Positions 1 through 9,284 of a stretch of DNA of 64,000 bases are shown here, piece after piece. Position 1 is the stretch's first letter. Each line of letters opens with the position of its first letter. The notes under the pieces are model-generated. The model saw nothing but the letters and a program-made list of their open reading frames with translations. It was not told the DNA's origin and made no database searches. Made by a program: the position numbers and the translations under genes. Origin of the DNA: Verrucomicrobiia bacterium (lineage in GTDB: Bacteria; Verrucomicrobiota; Verrucomicrobiia; Limisphaerales; UBA1319); NCBI GenBank assembly GCA_963664225.1, contig OY760937.1, positions 4,416,001 through 4,480,000 on the forward strand, in the 5' to 3' direction.

Positions 1-2031
1 ACAGACAAGGACGGACGGGTTCGCGCCCCTGAAATAGTTGCTGCTGTGAAGTGGATTGCCGCGCGTTTAAAGGATGTGTCTGAAATCAAGAACGGCGCTT
101 CTGAATTGCCGCTCAAATCGATCAACGATCAATGTGATGAGGGAAAACGAGCGTTGGCCTCCGCGCGGCAGATTCTAACGAACCTGGGAAAGGCGGATGC
201 TCCGACGATCAGCGTGGACGATACGATGGATACAGCGCGGATTTTTGCGCAAACAAAATTTAACGGAGATGGGATAGTTCCCGCAGATTCTTCGGAAGAC
301 GCGGCAGTCCAGGGGGTGATTCAGAATATCATTGACTGCCTGGGTGGGGCGTTGGATCGAAGCGGCAAGACAGGCGTTACCCAGGACAAGTTGGACCAGT
401 TTTTTACGGAATTGACGGCCTATGACAACTGGAAGCAAACGGCGGAAAAGGATGCGGCGAAGATTCTGCCATTGGGAGAGGGGACCGACGCTGCCTTGCA
501 AGTGTTGCTGGCAGTCAAGCCCAAGGTGGACGATTATTTTGCGCGATGCAGACTGGCCGCATTCGACGAGCGGATGGTCGCTGCGATGAACCGTCAGGAG
601 TCAGACTTTCTGGCGCTGACCACAAAGGACTTGAGCTTTAGCGCTTCCGAAGTTTCGGGTTTTCCGTTGGCGCGCGTCGCCATGGATAAGCCATTGCCGT
701 TGAAAGAGGGCATCAATCCCGCCTGGGCCGATTCGATGGCGAAATTCCAGAAGGAGGTGGTTCGGCCCATACTCGGGGAGAAAACCTCGTTGCGTGTTGA
801 GGAATGGATCGACCTTGGCGCGCGATTTGCCGCTTACCAGGCCTGGACAACGGCCAAAGCAGGGGGCGCGGTTGAGAAGTTGGGGTTGGCACGTGTGCGC
901 GAAATACTCTCGAGCAAGACCCGGAAGACCATTGGGGAACTGATCGCCCGGGACAAGGCGTTGGAAGCAGAGGCGGGAGCCATCACTGAGGTGGATCAAT
1001 TGGTCCGCTATTACCGGGATCTGTATCAGCTTTTGAACAACTTCGTGTCGTTTGCCGATTTTTACAGCCGCAAGCGCAAAGCCGTGTTCCAGGCAGGAAC
1101 GCTCTATTTGGACGGGCGCGCCTGCGAATTGTGCGTCAGGGTGGACGACATGGCCAGGCACGGTACCCTGGCTTCGCTGTCCAAAACTTATCTGGCTTAT
1201 TGCGATTGCGTGAAGCGCGGAGGCAGCGAAAAAATGACCATCGCGGCCGCGTTTACTGGAGGGGATTCCGACCAGCTTCTGGTGGGCCGCAACGGTGTCT
1301 TTTTTGACCGCGCGGGCAACGATTGGGATGCCACGATCGTCAAAATTATAGAGCATCCCATCAGTGTCCGGCAGGCCTTTTGGGCGCCCTACAAAAAGGT
1401 GGCCAAAATGATCGAGGACCAGTTGGAAAAGAGCGCGGCGGCTCGCGATAAGGCCATGCAGGAAAAAGCTCAGGCAGGCATGGCGGCTACGGCCCAGGGC
1501 GTGCAGGAAGGTAAGCCCACAGTGGCGCAGCAGGCGTTCGATGTGGGCAAAACGGTCGGTATTTTTGCCGCCATCGGCCTGGCCTTGGGAGCCATTGGAA
1601 CAGCCGCTGCGGCGATTCTGGGCGCGTTCATGACATTGCCCCTGTGGCAAAAACCGGTGGCTCTGGTCGCGATCATGCTCTTGATTTCCGGGCCTTCGAT
1701 CTTGATTGCCTGGCTTAAGCTTCGCCAGCGCAACCTGGGGCCGATTCTGGATGCGAATGGCTGGGCGGTGAACGGTCGGGTGAAAATCAACATCCCATTT
1801 GGCGGGGCGTTGACCAGCGTGGCCAAGCTGCCTCCCAACGCGGAACGCACGCTGGACGATCCTTATGCGGAGAAAAGTCACGCCAAAGGGTGGATCACGC
1901 TTGCAGTTGTCATCATTCTAGCCGCCTGCGCAGCTTGGTACTGGCATTCGACCACTAAAAAACCTGAAACGGCTCCCCGGCAACTCGAGGTGACACCGGG
2001 CAACGCAACCAATGCCGTTCCGGCCAAATGA
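1..2031 (+). CDS. Conserved hypothetical membrane protein (5'-partial) with N-terminal EF-hand-like loop, helical body and C-terminal TM helices
   Basis: Frame 1 is open from base 1 (TDKDGRVRAPEIV..., matching an EF-hand loop DxDxDGxxxxxE whose first D would lie upstream); hydrophobic segments VGIFAAIGLALGAIG, VALVAIMLLISGPSILIAW, WITLAVVIILAACAAWYW near the C-terminus. Confidence 0.75.
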   Translation, partial: TDKDGRVRAPEIVAAVKWIAARLKDVSEIKNGASELPLKSINDQCDEGKRALASARQILTNLGKADAPTISVDDTMDTARIFAQTKFNGDGIVPADSSEDAAVQGVIQNIIDCLGGALDRSGKTGVTQDKLDQFFTELTAYDNWKQTAEKDAAKILPLGEGTDAALQVLLAVKPKVDDYFARCRLAAFDERMVAAMNRQESDFLALTTKDLSFSASEVSGFPLARVAMDKPLPLKEGINPAWADSMAKFQKEVVRPILGEKTSLRVEEWIDLGARFAAYQAWTTAKAGGAVEKLGLARVREILSSKTRKTIGELIARDKALEAEAGAITEVDQLVRYYRDLYQLLNNFVSFADFYSRKRKAVFQAGTLYLDGRACELCVRVDDMARHGTLASLSKTYLAYCDCVKRGGSEKMTIAAAFTGGDSDQLLVGRNGVFFDRAGNDWDATIVKIIEHPISVRQAFWAPYKKVAKMIEDQLEKSAAARDKAMQEKAQAGMAATAQGVQEGKPTVAQQAFDVGKTVGIFAAIGLALGAIGTAAAAILGAFMTLPLWQKPVALVAIMLLISGPSILIAWLKLRQRNLGPILDANGWAVNGRVKINIPFGGALTSVAKLPPNAERTLDDPYAEKSHAKGWITLAVVIILAACAAWYWHSTTKKPETAPRQLEVTPGNATNAVPAK

Positions 2032-2334
2032 ATCAAAACAACGGTTGCGATTTTTGAGCAATGCATCGTCTCGATCAAATCAGCGAGCGTCGCAAAATCG
2101 TTGTTAATGTGTTAATTGCGCTTGACTTAAAAACAATCGTCGGGCAATTTAAGCGTCATAAGAGATTTGACATGTTTTTCGTTCGCAATCGAAAAATATT
2201 TTAAAAAAAGAATAAAAAGAAGTGTTATGCGCTTGACTTGGAACCCGAAATACAATAAATAGGAGTTCAAAAGCTGGATGGGTGTTTGAGGTCGGTTTGG
2301 GTTTCGAATGTAATTTGTTAAACAAGAAAGAGTT

Positions 2335-2982
2335 ATGAATAAAAATATGCAGCCCTACACAAAGGTTCTAGCGATTCTCTCAGCAGCGGTGGCTTTTTGC
2401 GTCACCACACAGGCGAGTATCGTTTATAACAACTCTACCACTTATTTGGGTCAGGATTATTTATCCACCAATGAGTTTGGTGATCAAATCAAGCTGGATG
2501 CGGCTTCCACGGACCGTTATGTAACGGAGTTCAATTTTGAGTATTATCTTGCACATAACGCCAGTGGAAATGAAAAGGCGGAGTTGCGTATTTATAATAA
2601 CGCGACAGCCAGCTCGATCGGAACGTTAATTTATGACAGCGGCATGCAGTCCATTGCCACCGGTTACAATCAGTTTGACGTCACCGGATTGGGACTGAAT
2701 GTCACGACCGATTTATCGTGGACAGTCCAATTCAGCGGGGTTGAATCCGGTGAATCAGCGGGTTTACTTTGGTACAATCCTCCCACGGTCGGATCCAGCT
2801 TTGATGATTTCTGGGAAAAACAGAATGGCGTTTGGACTTTGAAGCGTCTCTCGCTGCCAGGCAGCCCCATTGCCAACTTTGGCGCTCAAGTTACCGCCAT
2901 TCCCGAGCCTACAACGGTTCAATTGGCGATCATGTCTGGTATGGCTTGGCTCGGTATGGCCACCTATCGCCGCCGCAAGTAA
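2335..2982 (+). CDS. PEP-CTERM sorting-domain protein
   Basis: N-terminal signal peptide; C-terminus IPEP + hydrophobic helix + RRRK. Confidence 0.9.
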   Translation: MNKNMQPYTKVLAILSAAVAFCVTTQASIVYNNSTTYLGQDYLSTNEFGDQIKLDAASTDRYVTEFNFEYYLAHNASGNEKAELRIYNNATASSIGTLIYDSGMQSIATGYNQFDVTGLGLNVTTDLSWTVQFSGVESGESAGLLWYNPPTVGSSFDDFWEKQNGVWTLKRLSLPGSPIANFGAQVTAIPEPTTVQLAIMSGMAWLGMATYRRRK

Positions 2983-3009
2983 GCCAGCAATTCAATTAAC
3001 TCTTTCGTT

Positions 3010-3036
3010 AAGGGCGCGGACTGTTCCGCGCCTTTT
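3010..3036 (+). terminator. Rho-independent terminator
   Basis: GGCGCGGA-ctgt-TCCGCGCC stem followed by TTTT, about 30 bp after the PEP-CTERM stop. Confidence 0.8.
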
Positions 3037-3181
3037 GTATGTACGCAGAATCTGGTTCAGAGGTTTTTGAGTTTACTCCCATCTGGCATTTGCTGCGAGA
3101 TTAGGCTCAGGGTGGACCAAGAATGGAGGGAAAGATGTTATGGGTTGCATAGCGGCAAACTCCAGCCACATTGCAAACATA

Positions 3182-3815
3182 GTCATCAACCTCCGGCAAA
3201 GCCGGAGGCTTGAAATTGTGAACCGCTCAAAGCGGGTTAATCTTGGAGCCGCTCGAAGCGGCTTTCGCTCCCGAACAATCCCAGTTGATCGAGGCGCTGG
3301 TCTGCCTTTTCCTGTTCTTGAATGTATAGCCGCACGGCAGCCTCGTTGCGTCCGACGGTCGACACCCAAAAGCCCCGTGCCCAAAAATGCTCTCCCACAA
3401 AGTTCCGCCGTTTCCCTCCGTATGTCCGGGCAATGTGAATGGCGCTCTTGCCCTTCAAATACCCCATGACTTGCGACACCGAGTATTTCGGAGGTATCGA
3501 CAGCAGCATGTGCACACGATCGACCATCAGGTGCCCCTCCCCAACCTCACTTTCCTTATGCCGCGCCAACTCCCGGAACAGGCTGCCCGGGTGCTTGCGC
3601 AGCGATGCGTATAGCGTTTTGCGCCGGTATTTCGGTATGAATACCACATGGTATTTGCATTCCCACTTCGTATGGTTAAGACTCTCATATTCGTTCATCA
3701 CTTGAGTTTCCTGTTGTTGACCTTGAGCGGTTCACAACTCGGATTCTCAAGTCACTCCCGGAGTTGTCAAACTCCGGGAGCCTCCCCGGCAAAGCCGGGG
3801 GAACTCCCATGGGAT
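3182..3815 (-). mobile_element. IS200/IS605-family insertion sequence (tnpA only)
   Basis: Y1 transposase flanked by related subterminal hairpins CCTCCGGC-aaa-GCCGGAGG (3190-3208) and CCCCGGC-aaa-GCCGGGG (3784-3800), plus CTCCCGGAGTT-gtca-AACTCCGGGAG (3755-3780); ends approximate. Confidence 0.85.
3237..3701 (-). CDS. tnpA: IS200/IS605 Y1 (HUH) transposase, probably inactive
   Basis: CKYHVVFIPKYRRK, LKGKSA, FWARGFWVSTVG, YIQEQ motifs; HUH reads DRVH instead of DHVH. Confidence 0.9.
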   Translation of the reverse strand: MMNEYESLNHTKWECKYHVVFIPKYRRKTLYASLRKHPGSLFRELARHKESEVGEGHLMVDRVHMLLSIPPKYSVSQVMGYLKGKSAIHIARTYGGKRRNFVGEHFWARGFWVSTVGRNEAAVRLYIQEQEKADQRLDQLGLFGSESRFERLQD

Positions 3816-3915
3816 TAGCAATTGAGACCTCGACGACAAAGCTACCAAAGAACGACAGCATTTACGATGGCGCGGCAGGCGGAAACAGATGAATTGATGC
3901 CATTAATCAAGTGCC

Positions 3916-4128
3916 TCAGCGCAGATCTGGATTGGGAAACGGTTCGTGCGCCTTCCGCCCATACACCCGTTCATACGCCCGGCAGCAAGGACATAAATGC
4001 CTTTCCACCCGGCTGGTTAGCTCGAAGGCCAGGCCTTTTTGCTTCATTCGAGCCTGCCGACATATCGGACAGTTCAGGCAAGCTTTCGCCAAAGTTCGAT
4101 CGAGACTGCTTGGAGAGTTTTGATTCAT
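3916..4128 (-). CDS. Small Cys-rich hypothetical protein, possibly metal-binding
   Basis: 70 aa with CxxCPxC and CPCCxAY clusters; sits in an intergenic gap. Confidence 0.6.
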   Translation of the reverse strand: MNQNSPSSLDRTLAKACLNCPICRQARMKQKGLAFELTSRVERHLCPCCRAYERVYGRKAHEPFPNPDLR

Positions 4129-4476
4129 CTTATTATTCCGCCTCGTCGATTTCTAATGCGATCCGGCTTTCAGTGAAACAATAAAAGCATTTCCCGGGGG
4201 AGGCATCCGCAGGCGCGGCTCAATTAAGAGTCGGTCGGCATGGGATTCATCAAGACCTGGCTGCAGAATGGAGGGCAGAGGGTTACTTAACGGCGATGTC
4301 CATGCTGAAGTAATTCCTCAATTGGCAATTAGCATTCAAGAGTCCTCCTTGCATAACAAGCTCCCCAGGTTGAGAATTGGGTGCATGGATTTAGTGTCTA
4401 TAGTGAGGACTAACTCAAAAGACGAGGTGACACTTACTGGTTTCATACACAGATTGGGCTTGGCTTTCAGTTTTCC

Positions 4477-5250
4477 ATGAGCACGAACAAAATGAAAACA
4501 CTCCTGACATTGTTGGTTGGATTATTGATGACGGTAAACCTGCGTGCCGCGCAAGTGACCGTCTTCGCGGCGGCAAGTCTTGCGGATGCGCTCAAGCAGA
4601 TTGCCGCGCATTATGAAAGGCAATCGGGTGATAAAATCATTTTCAATTTCGCCGCCTCCGGCACTCTTGCGCGCCAGATCGAGGAAGGCGCGCCAGCCGA
4701 CGTTTTCATTTCCGCCGACGAGGCCAGGATGGACCCCCTCGCAATGAAACAACTGCTTGTGGACGCGTCGCGCAAAAGCCTTCTCGGCAATACGCTTGTC
4801 ATTGTTGGCCCGCCCGATGGTTCGACGGTTCATTCGGCCATCGATTTGACCAATGCCGCGGTCCACAGGCTCGCGATTGGCGAAGTGAAGCTTGTTCCCG
4901 CCGGGACTTACGCAAAGCAATACCTGGATAAACTCGGTTTGTGGCAGGCGGTTGAACCGAAGATTGTCCCGTGCGAAAATGTCCGCGCCGTTCTGGCCGC
5001 CGTGGAATCAGGCAATGTCGAGGCGGGCATTGTCTATAAGACCGACGCCGGGATTTCCAAAAAAGTGAAGGTGGTTTTTGAAGTGCCAGCAGGGGACGGC
5101 CCGGAAATAAGATACCCGCTGGCACTCATCAAAGATTCGCCGCAGCCGGAAGCGGCCAAAAGATTCTACAAATACCTTGCTCTATCGGATGCTGCCGCGG
5201 TGTTTCAGAAGTTCGGATTCATCGTGCTCGAAACGGCGCGCAGCAAATGA
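4477..5250 (+). CDS. modA: Molybdate ABC transporter substrate-binding protein
   Basis: Signal peptide; AAASL, FAASGTLARQI, DVFISAD, VPAGTY, GIVYKTDA. Confidence 0.95.
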   Translation: MSTNKMKTLLTLLVGLLMTVNLRAAQVTVFAAASLADALKQIAAHYERQSGDKIIFNFAASGTLARQIEEGAPADVFISADEARMDPLAMKQLLVDASRKSLLGNTLVIVGPPDGSTVHSAIDLTNAAVHRLAIGEVKLVPAGTYAKQYLDKLGLWQAVEPKIVPCENVRAVLAAVESGNVEAGIVYKTDAGISKKVKVVFEVPAGDGPEIRYPLALIKDSPQPEAAKRFYKYLALSDAAAVFQKFGFIVLETARSK

Positions 5251-5912
5251 GCAGCGGGGAGTGGCAATTTGTCGGGTTCACATTGCGAATGGCGCTGGGC
5301 AGCATGGCGCTGATCCTGCCGGTTGGCCTGGCGCTGGCCTGGTTGCTGGCGAAATATCAATGGCGTGGAAAAGTCATTGTGGAGACACTGGTTTCGCTGC
5401 CGCTTGTTCTGCCGCCTGTTGTCACGGGGCTGGTGTTATTGAAGTTATTTGGACGTCGCGGACCTTTCGGCCACTGGTTGCACGAGCAATTTGGACTCGA
5501 CGTGGTGTTCACCTGGCGCGCGGTGATTCTGGCGCTTGCGGTCATGTCCCTGCCGCTGTTTGTCCGTGCGGCGCGGACCGCGTTCGAGGAGGTGAATCCC
5601 ATTTTCGAGCAACTGGCCCGCACACTCGGCGCGGGCGAGTGGAGAATCTTTTTTACGATCACGCTTCCCCTGGCGCGGCGCGGCGTAACGGCTGGCGCGT
5701 TGCTGGCGTTTGCCCGCGCATTGGGCGAATTTGGCGCGACGATCATGGTCGCGGGCAACATACCCGGGCAGACCACCACACTCCCCGTGGCGATCTATCA
5801 AGCCGTCCAACTAGGTGACGACGGGCACGCCTGGCTGCTGGCGGGTGTTTCAACGGTCATCGCATTCTTCGCCGTTTTGATGAGCGAAAAACTTTTGCGG
5901 AGCAAAACATGA
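5247..5912 (+). CDS. modB: Molybdate ABC transporter permease
   Basis: LPLVLPPVVTG, ARTLGA loop, FARALGEFGAT; 4-bp overlap with modA. Confidence 0.95.
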   Translation: MSSGEWQFVGFTLRMALGSMALILPVGLALAWLLAKYQWRGKVIVETLVSLPLVLPPVVTGLVLLKLFGRRGPFGHWLHEQFGLDVVFTWRAVILALAVMSLPLFVRAARTAFEEVNPIFEQLARTLGAGEWRIFFTITLPLARRGVTAGALLAFARALGEFGATIMVAGNIPGQTTTLPVAIYQAVQLGDDGHAWLLAGVSTVIAFFAVLMSEKLLRSKT

Positions 5913-7006
5913 GCGAAGAACTGCACGCCAGTTTTACCAGAAAATATTCAGGTGGTCCGGCGATTTGCGCGGATCATCTGAGCATTGGCAACGGCATCAC
6001 CGTGCTGTTCGGAGCTTCGGGTTCTGGAAAAACAACCGTGCTTCGATGCCTGGCGGGACTGGAGCGGCCGGATGAAGGGACGATTCGTTTTGGCAAAACA
6101 ACCTGGTTTGACGCCACGCAAAACTTCGTCCTGGCAACACGCATGCGGAATATCGGTTTTGTGCCGCAGGATTACGCCCTGTTTTCGCATCTGACCGTTG
6201 AGTCGAACATCGCCTATGGTCTGAGCGCGCTGCCAAAGCCGGAACAAAAACAACGCGTGGCGCAAGCGGTGAACTGGCTCGGGCTGGACGGTTTGGAGCA
6301 ACGTCGTCCAAGTGAATTGTCAGGAGGGCAACAACAACGTGTGGCCCTGGCGCGGGCCGTTGTGCGGCAGCCCGGTTTGCTGCTGCTCGACGAACCGCTG
6401 GCCGCGCTCGATTCACCCACACGCCTGCGCTTGCGCGGTGAGCTTCGCATCCTGCTGCTCAAGCTCGGCATTCCAACCATTCTCGTCACGCATGACCGGA
6501 TCGAAGCGCTCGCGCTGGGGGATCGGATTGTGGTCCTTGCGGATGGACATATTTTGCAGAGCGGATCGGTGGGTGAAGTGTTCAATCATCCGGCCAGCGT
6601 GGCGGTGGCTGGCATTGTGGGCACTGAAACAGTTTTGGCCGGTCGCGTGTTACAGGTTTCCGACAGTCTGGCGACTGTGGTGGTGGGCGATGTTCAATTG
6701 ACTGCCCTCTCGGAATCATTGCCTTCCGGCACAACGACTGTTTACGTGTGCATCCGCGCCGAAGACATTATTTTGTCGAAGGACGAGGCAGGTCATTCCA
6801 GTCCACGCAACCGCCTGGCCGCAGTGGTGCGAAGCATCACTCCCGAAGGTCCGCTTGTGCGGATCGAATTGGATTGTGGTTTTCCATTGTCCGCATTGCT
6901 CACAAAACAAGCATGCGAAGAATTGGCGCTGCAGGAGCACACGCGCCTTCTGGCTTTGATCAAGGCGCCTCAAATTCATTTAATACCCTCCTTGGGGCGG
7001 TCTTGA
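5909..7006 (+). CDS. modC: Molybdate ABC transporter ATP-binding protein with TOBE domains
   Basis: GASGSGKT, LSGGQQQR, LLLLDEP, VTHD; C-terminal SPRNRL TOBE repeat. Confidence 0.93.
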   Translation: MSEELHASFTRKYSGGPAICADHLSIGNGITVLFGASGSGKTTVLRCLAGLERPDEGTIRFGKTTWFDATQNFVLATRMRNIGFVPQDYALFSHLTVESNIAYGLSALPKPEQKQRVAQAVNWLGLDGLEQRRPSELSGGQQQRVALARAVVRQPGLLLLDEPLAALDSPTRLRLRGELRILLLKLGIPTILVTHDRIEALALGDRIVVLADGHILQSGSVGEVFNHPASVAVAGIVGTETVLAGRVLQVSDSLATVVVGDVQLTALSESLPSGTTTVYVCIRAEDIILSKDEAGHSSPRNRLAAVVRSITPEGPLVRIELDCGFPLSALLTKQACEELALQEHTRLLALIKAPQIHLIPSLGRS

Positions 7007-7147
7007 ACGTCTTCAAACGACAATGGCAAAATGACTAATGCGAACTGCTTTCGGGGTTGCCAATTACCACCGAACCGGCTCATCATTGCGCATCCCGTTA
7101 ACGATGGTTTTACGCCATCGGTTTCTGTGAATAATTGTTGAATTGCC

Positions 7148-8248
7148 ATGAAAACCATTGGAATTGCCCTGATCGGTTGCGGAGGGATTGCCCTGGCCAA
7201 CCACGTTCCCGGATTGGCGTTGTGCCCCGGGGCGCGAATTGTGGCGTTGTGCGACAGCAATCCGCAGGCGCTGGCAAACGCAGCGCAAAAAACCGGGGTT
7301 ACCACGACCACGACGCAATACCAGGAGGTGCTTCGGCGTGAGGACGTGGATGCGGTGATCATTGCCACGCCCAATTTGACGCATGGGCCCATCACGCTGG
7401 AGGCGGTGGCAGCGGGGAAGCATGTTTTTTGCGAAAAGCCGATCGCGATGAATTTCGATGAGGCTGCGAAAATGTATGAGGCCGCGGAAAAGGCGGGAGT
7501 GCGCCACATGACGGCCTTCACATATCGATTTGTTCCCGCCATGCGGTATATGGCGCATCTGGTGAGGGCGGGGCACATTGGCCAGCCGGTGCATTTTCGG
7601 GTGCAGCGTTTTCAAGACTGGGGTGCGCGTCCATTGGGCTGGAGGCAATCCGCGGCGATGGCCGGGACGGGGGAGTTGGGGGACATGCTTTCGCACCGGA
7701 TCGATTACGGGCATTTTCTGGTGGGTCCGATTGCGCGTGTTTCAGCGAGTTTGAAACGGTTTATCGACACGCGGGGCGGGCAAAAATCCGATCTGGACGA
7801 TTGGGTGGCAGCACTGGCGGAGTTTGAGAATGGGACGACGGGTGTGATGGAGAGCAGCAAGCTGTGCACTGGACGAGGGGAGGGGGGCCGCAGCCTGGAT
7901 TATTGCGAGGTCAACGGCACTGAAGGCACGCTTGTTTACAGCCTTGGAAAACCATTGGAACTGGAGATCGGACGCCGCAACGGCACCCATTTGGATACGG
8001 TGGCCGTGCCAGGGGAATTTCTGGTCTGGCCAGGTTCGCCCCGGCAACCGCGCGAGGGCGATCCATTGGTGACATTTCGTTACGATCAGGACTTTGAATT
8101 CATCGATGCGATCCGCAATCAGCGGCCGTGCGTTCCCTCCCTGTTGGAAGGGGCGCGCGCGCAGGCGGTCATGGATGCCATGGTGCAATCCAGCGCACAG
8201 CGGAAATGGGTGGAAGTGGCGCAGACACCCAAAGGAAATGTTTTATGA
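7148..8248 (+). CDS. Gfo/Idh/MocA family oxidoreductase
   Basis: IGCGGIA, IATPN, HVFCEKP, DMLSHRID. Confidence 0.92.
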   Translation: MKTIGIALIGCGGIALANHVPGLALCPGARIVALCDSNPQALANAAQKTGVTTTTTQYQEVLRREDVDAVIIATPNLTHGPITLEAVAAGKHVFCEKPIAMNFDEAAKMYEAAEKAGVRHMTAFTYRFVPAMRYMAHLVRAGHIGQPVHFRVQRFQDWGARPLGWRQSAAMAGTGELGDMLSHRIDYGHFLVGPIARVSASLKRFIDTRGGQKSDLDDWVAALAEFENGTTGVMESSKLCTGRGEGGRSLDYCEVNGTEGTLVYSLGKPLELEIGRRNGTHLDTVAVPGEFLVWPGSPRQPREGDPLVTFRYDQDFEFIDAIRNQRPCVPSLLEGARAQAVMDAMVQSSAQRKWVEVAQTPKGNVL

Positions 8249-8955
8249 ACAAAACCGCAGTCATCACCGGGGCGGGCAGCGGCGTGGGCCGGGCCATCGC
8301 GCTCGGACTTGTGCGACAAGGCTGGCATGTGGCCATTCTTGGCCGTCACGCCAACAAGCTGGAGGAAACCCGGCGGTTGGCATTAACGCACGCGCCGCTC
8401 ATGGAAATTTTTCCGTGCGACATTACCGACGCCGTCCAGGTGAGTGCCATGGCGCAACGGGTGTTGTCGGCATTGGGAAGTGTGGAGGTGCTGGTGAATT
8501 CCGCCGGTACGAACACGCCCAAGCGTTGCCTGGCTGATTTGAGTTATGCGAATTACCGGCTGCTGGTGGAGACGAATATGACCGGCGCATATTTGTGCGC
8601 ACAGGCATTTCTGCCGGGGATGCGCGCGCGGCAATCCGGTACCATCGTGAATATTGTCTCCGACGCCGCCAAGCAAGCCAGCGCCAAGGCCGGTCCCGCC
8701 TATGTGATGTCCAAATGCGGCATGGCCGGTTTGACGCAGTCGATCAATGCGGAAGAGCGGGGGATCGGGATTCGCGCCTGCTCGATTTTTCCCGGGGACA
8801 TCGATACGCCGCTGCTGGAATTGCGGCCCGCGCCGCCGACTGCCGAAGCCCGTGAAAAAATGCTCCAGCCCGACGATGTGGCGCAGTGCGCGCTCATGGT
8901 GATTCAAATGCCCGCCCGGGTTATTGTGGAGGAAATACTGATGCGTCCCCGTTAA
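8245..8955 (+). CDS. SDR family oxidoreductase
   Basis: TGAGSGVG, VNSAG, YVMSK; start placed at ATG overlapping the upstream stop. Confidence 0.9.
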   Translation: MNKTAVITGAGSGVGRAIALGLVRQGWHVAILGRHANKLEETRRLALTHAPLMEIFPCDITDAVQVSAMAQRVLSALGSVEVLVNSAGTNTPKRCLADLSYANYRLLVETNMTGAYLCAQAFLPGMRARQSGTIVNIVSDAAKQASAKAGPAYVMSKCGMAGLTQSINAEERGIGIRACSIFPGDIDTPLLELRPAPPTAEAREKMLQPDDVAQCALMVIQMPARVIVEEILMRPR

Positions 8956-8957
8956 AT

Positions 8958-9278
8958 ATGAAAGATCCGGTGGCACATTTTAAGGCCGTTCTCGAACAAT
9001 GTCCGGAGGACGAACTGGCCATGTTCAGCCTGGGCAAGGCTTGTTACGAGGCGGGCGATTACGCGGAGGCGCAGGCGAACCTGACCCGCGCGGTGGCCCT
9101 GAAAAAAGAGTGGATGGCCGCGTGGATATTGCTGGGCCAATGCGAAATAGCCATGGGACATCGCGATATTGCGCGGGAAATCTTACAAAAGGCGCACCAA
9201 CTGGCCAAGGTCCAGAATCATCGCGGACCATTGGCGGAAACCGAGCGAATGTTAACTGAGTTGGATCATGGGGCGTAG
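8958..9278 (+). CDS. Tetratricopeptide repeat protein
   Basis: TPR-like helices AMFSLGKACYEAGDYAEA and AAWILLGQCEIAMG; starts 3 bp after SDR stop. Confidence 0.8.
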   Translation: MKDPVAHFKAVLEQCPEDELAMFSLGKACYEAGDYAEAQANLTRAVALKKEWMAAWILLGQCEIAMGHRDIAREILQKAHQLAKVQNHRGPLAETERMLTELDHGA

Positions 9279-9284
9279 TCGGTT

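Noticed and set aside
601..1881. Long antisense ORFs (also 9303-10412, 21389-22873, 32111-33436, 46561-47667, 57066-58124)
   Set aside because: Shadow frames opposite well-supported genes in GC-rich DNA, with no motifs
3073..3236. tnpB or omega-RNA associated with the IS
   Set aside because: The right-end hairpin follows the tnpA stop within ~50 bp, leaving no room for tnpB
4130..4476. Moco/Wco riboswitch or ModE box before modA (also before moaD)
   Set aside because: No recognisable consensus by eye; an Rfam search would be needed
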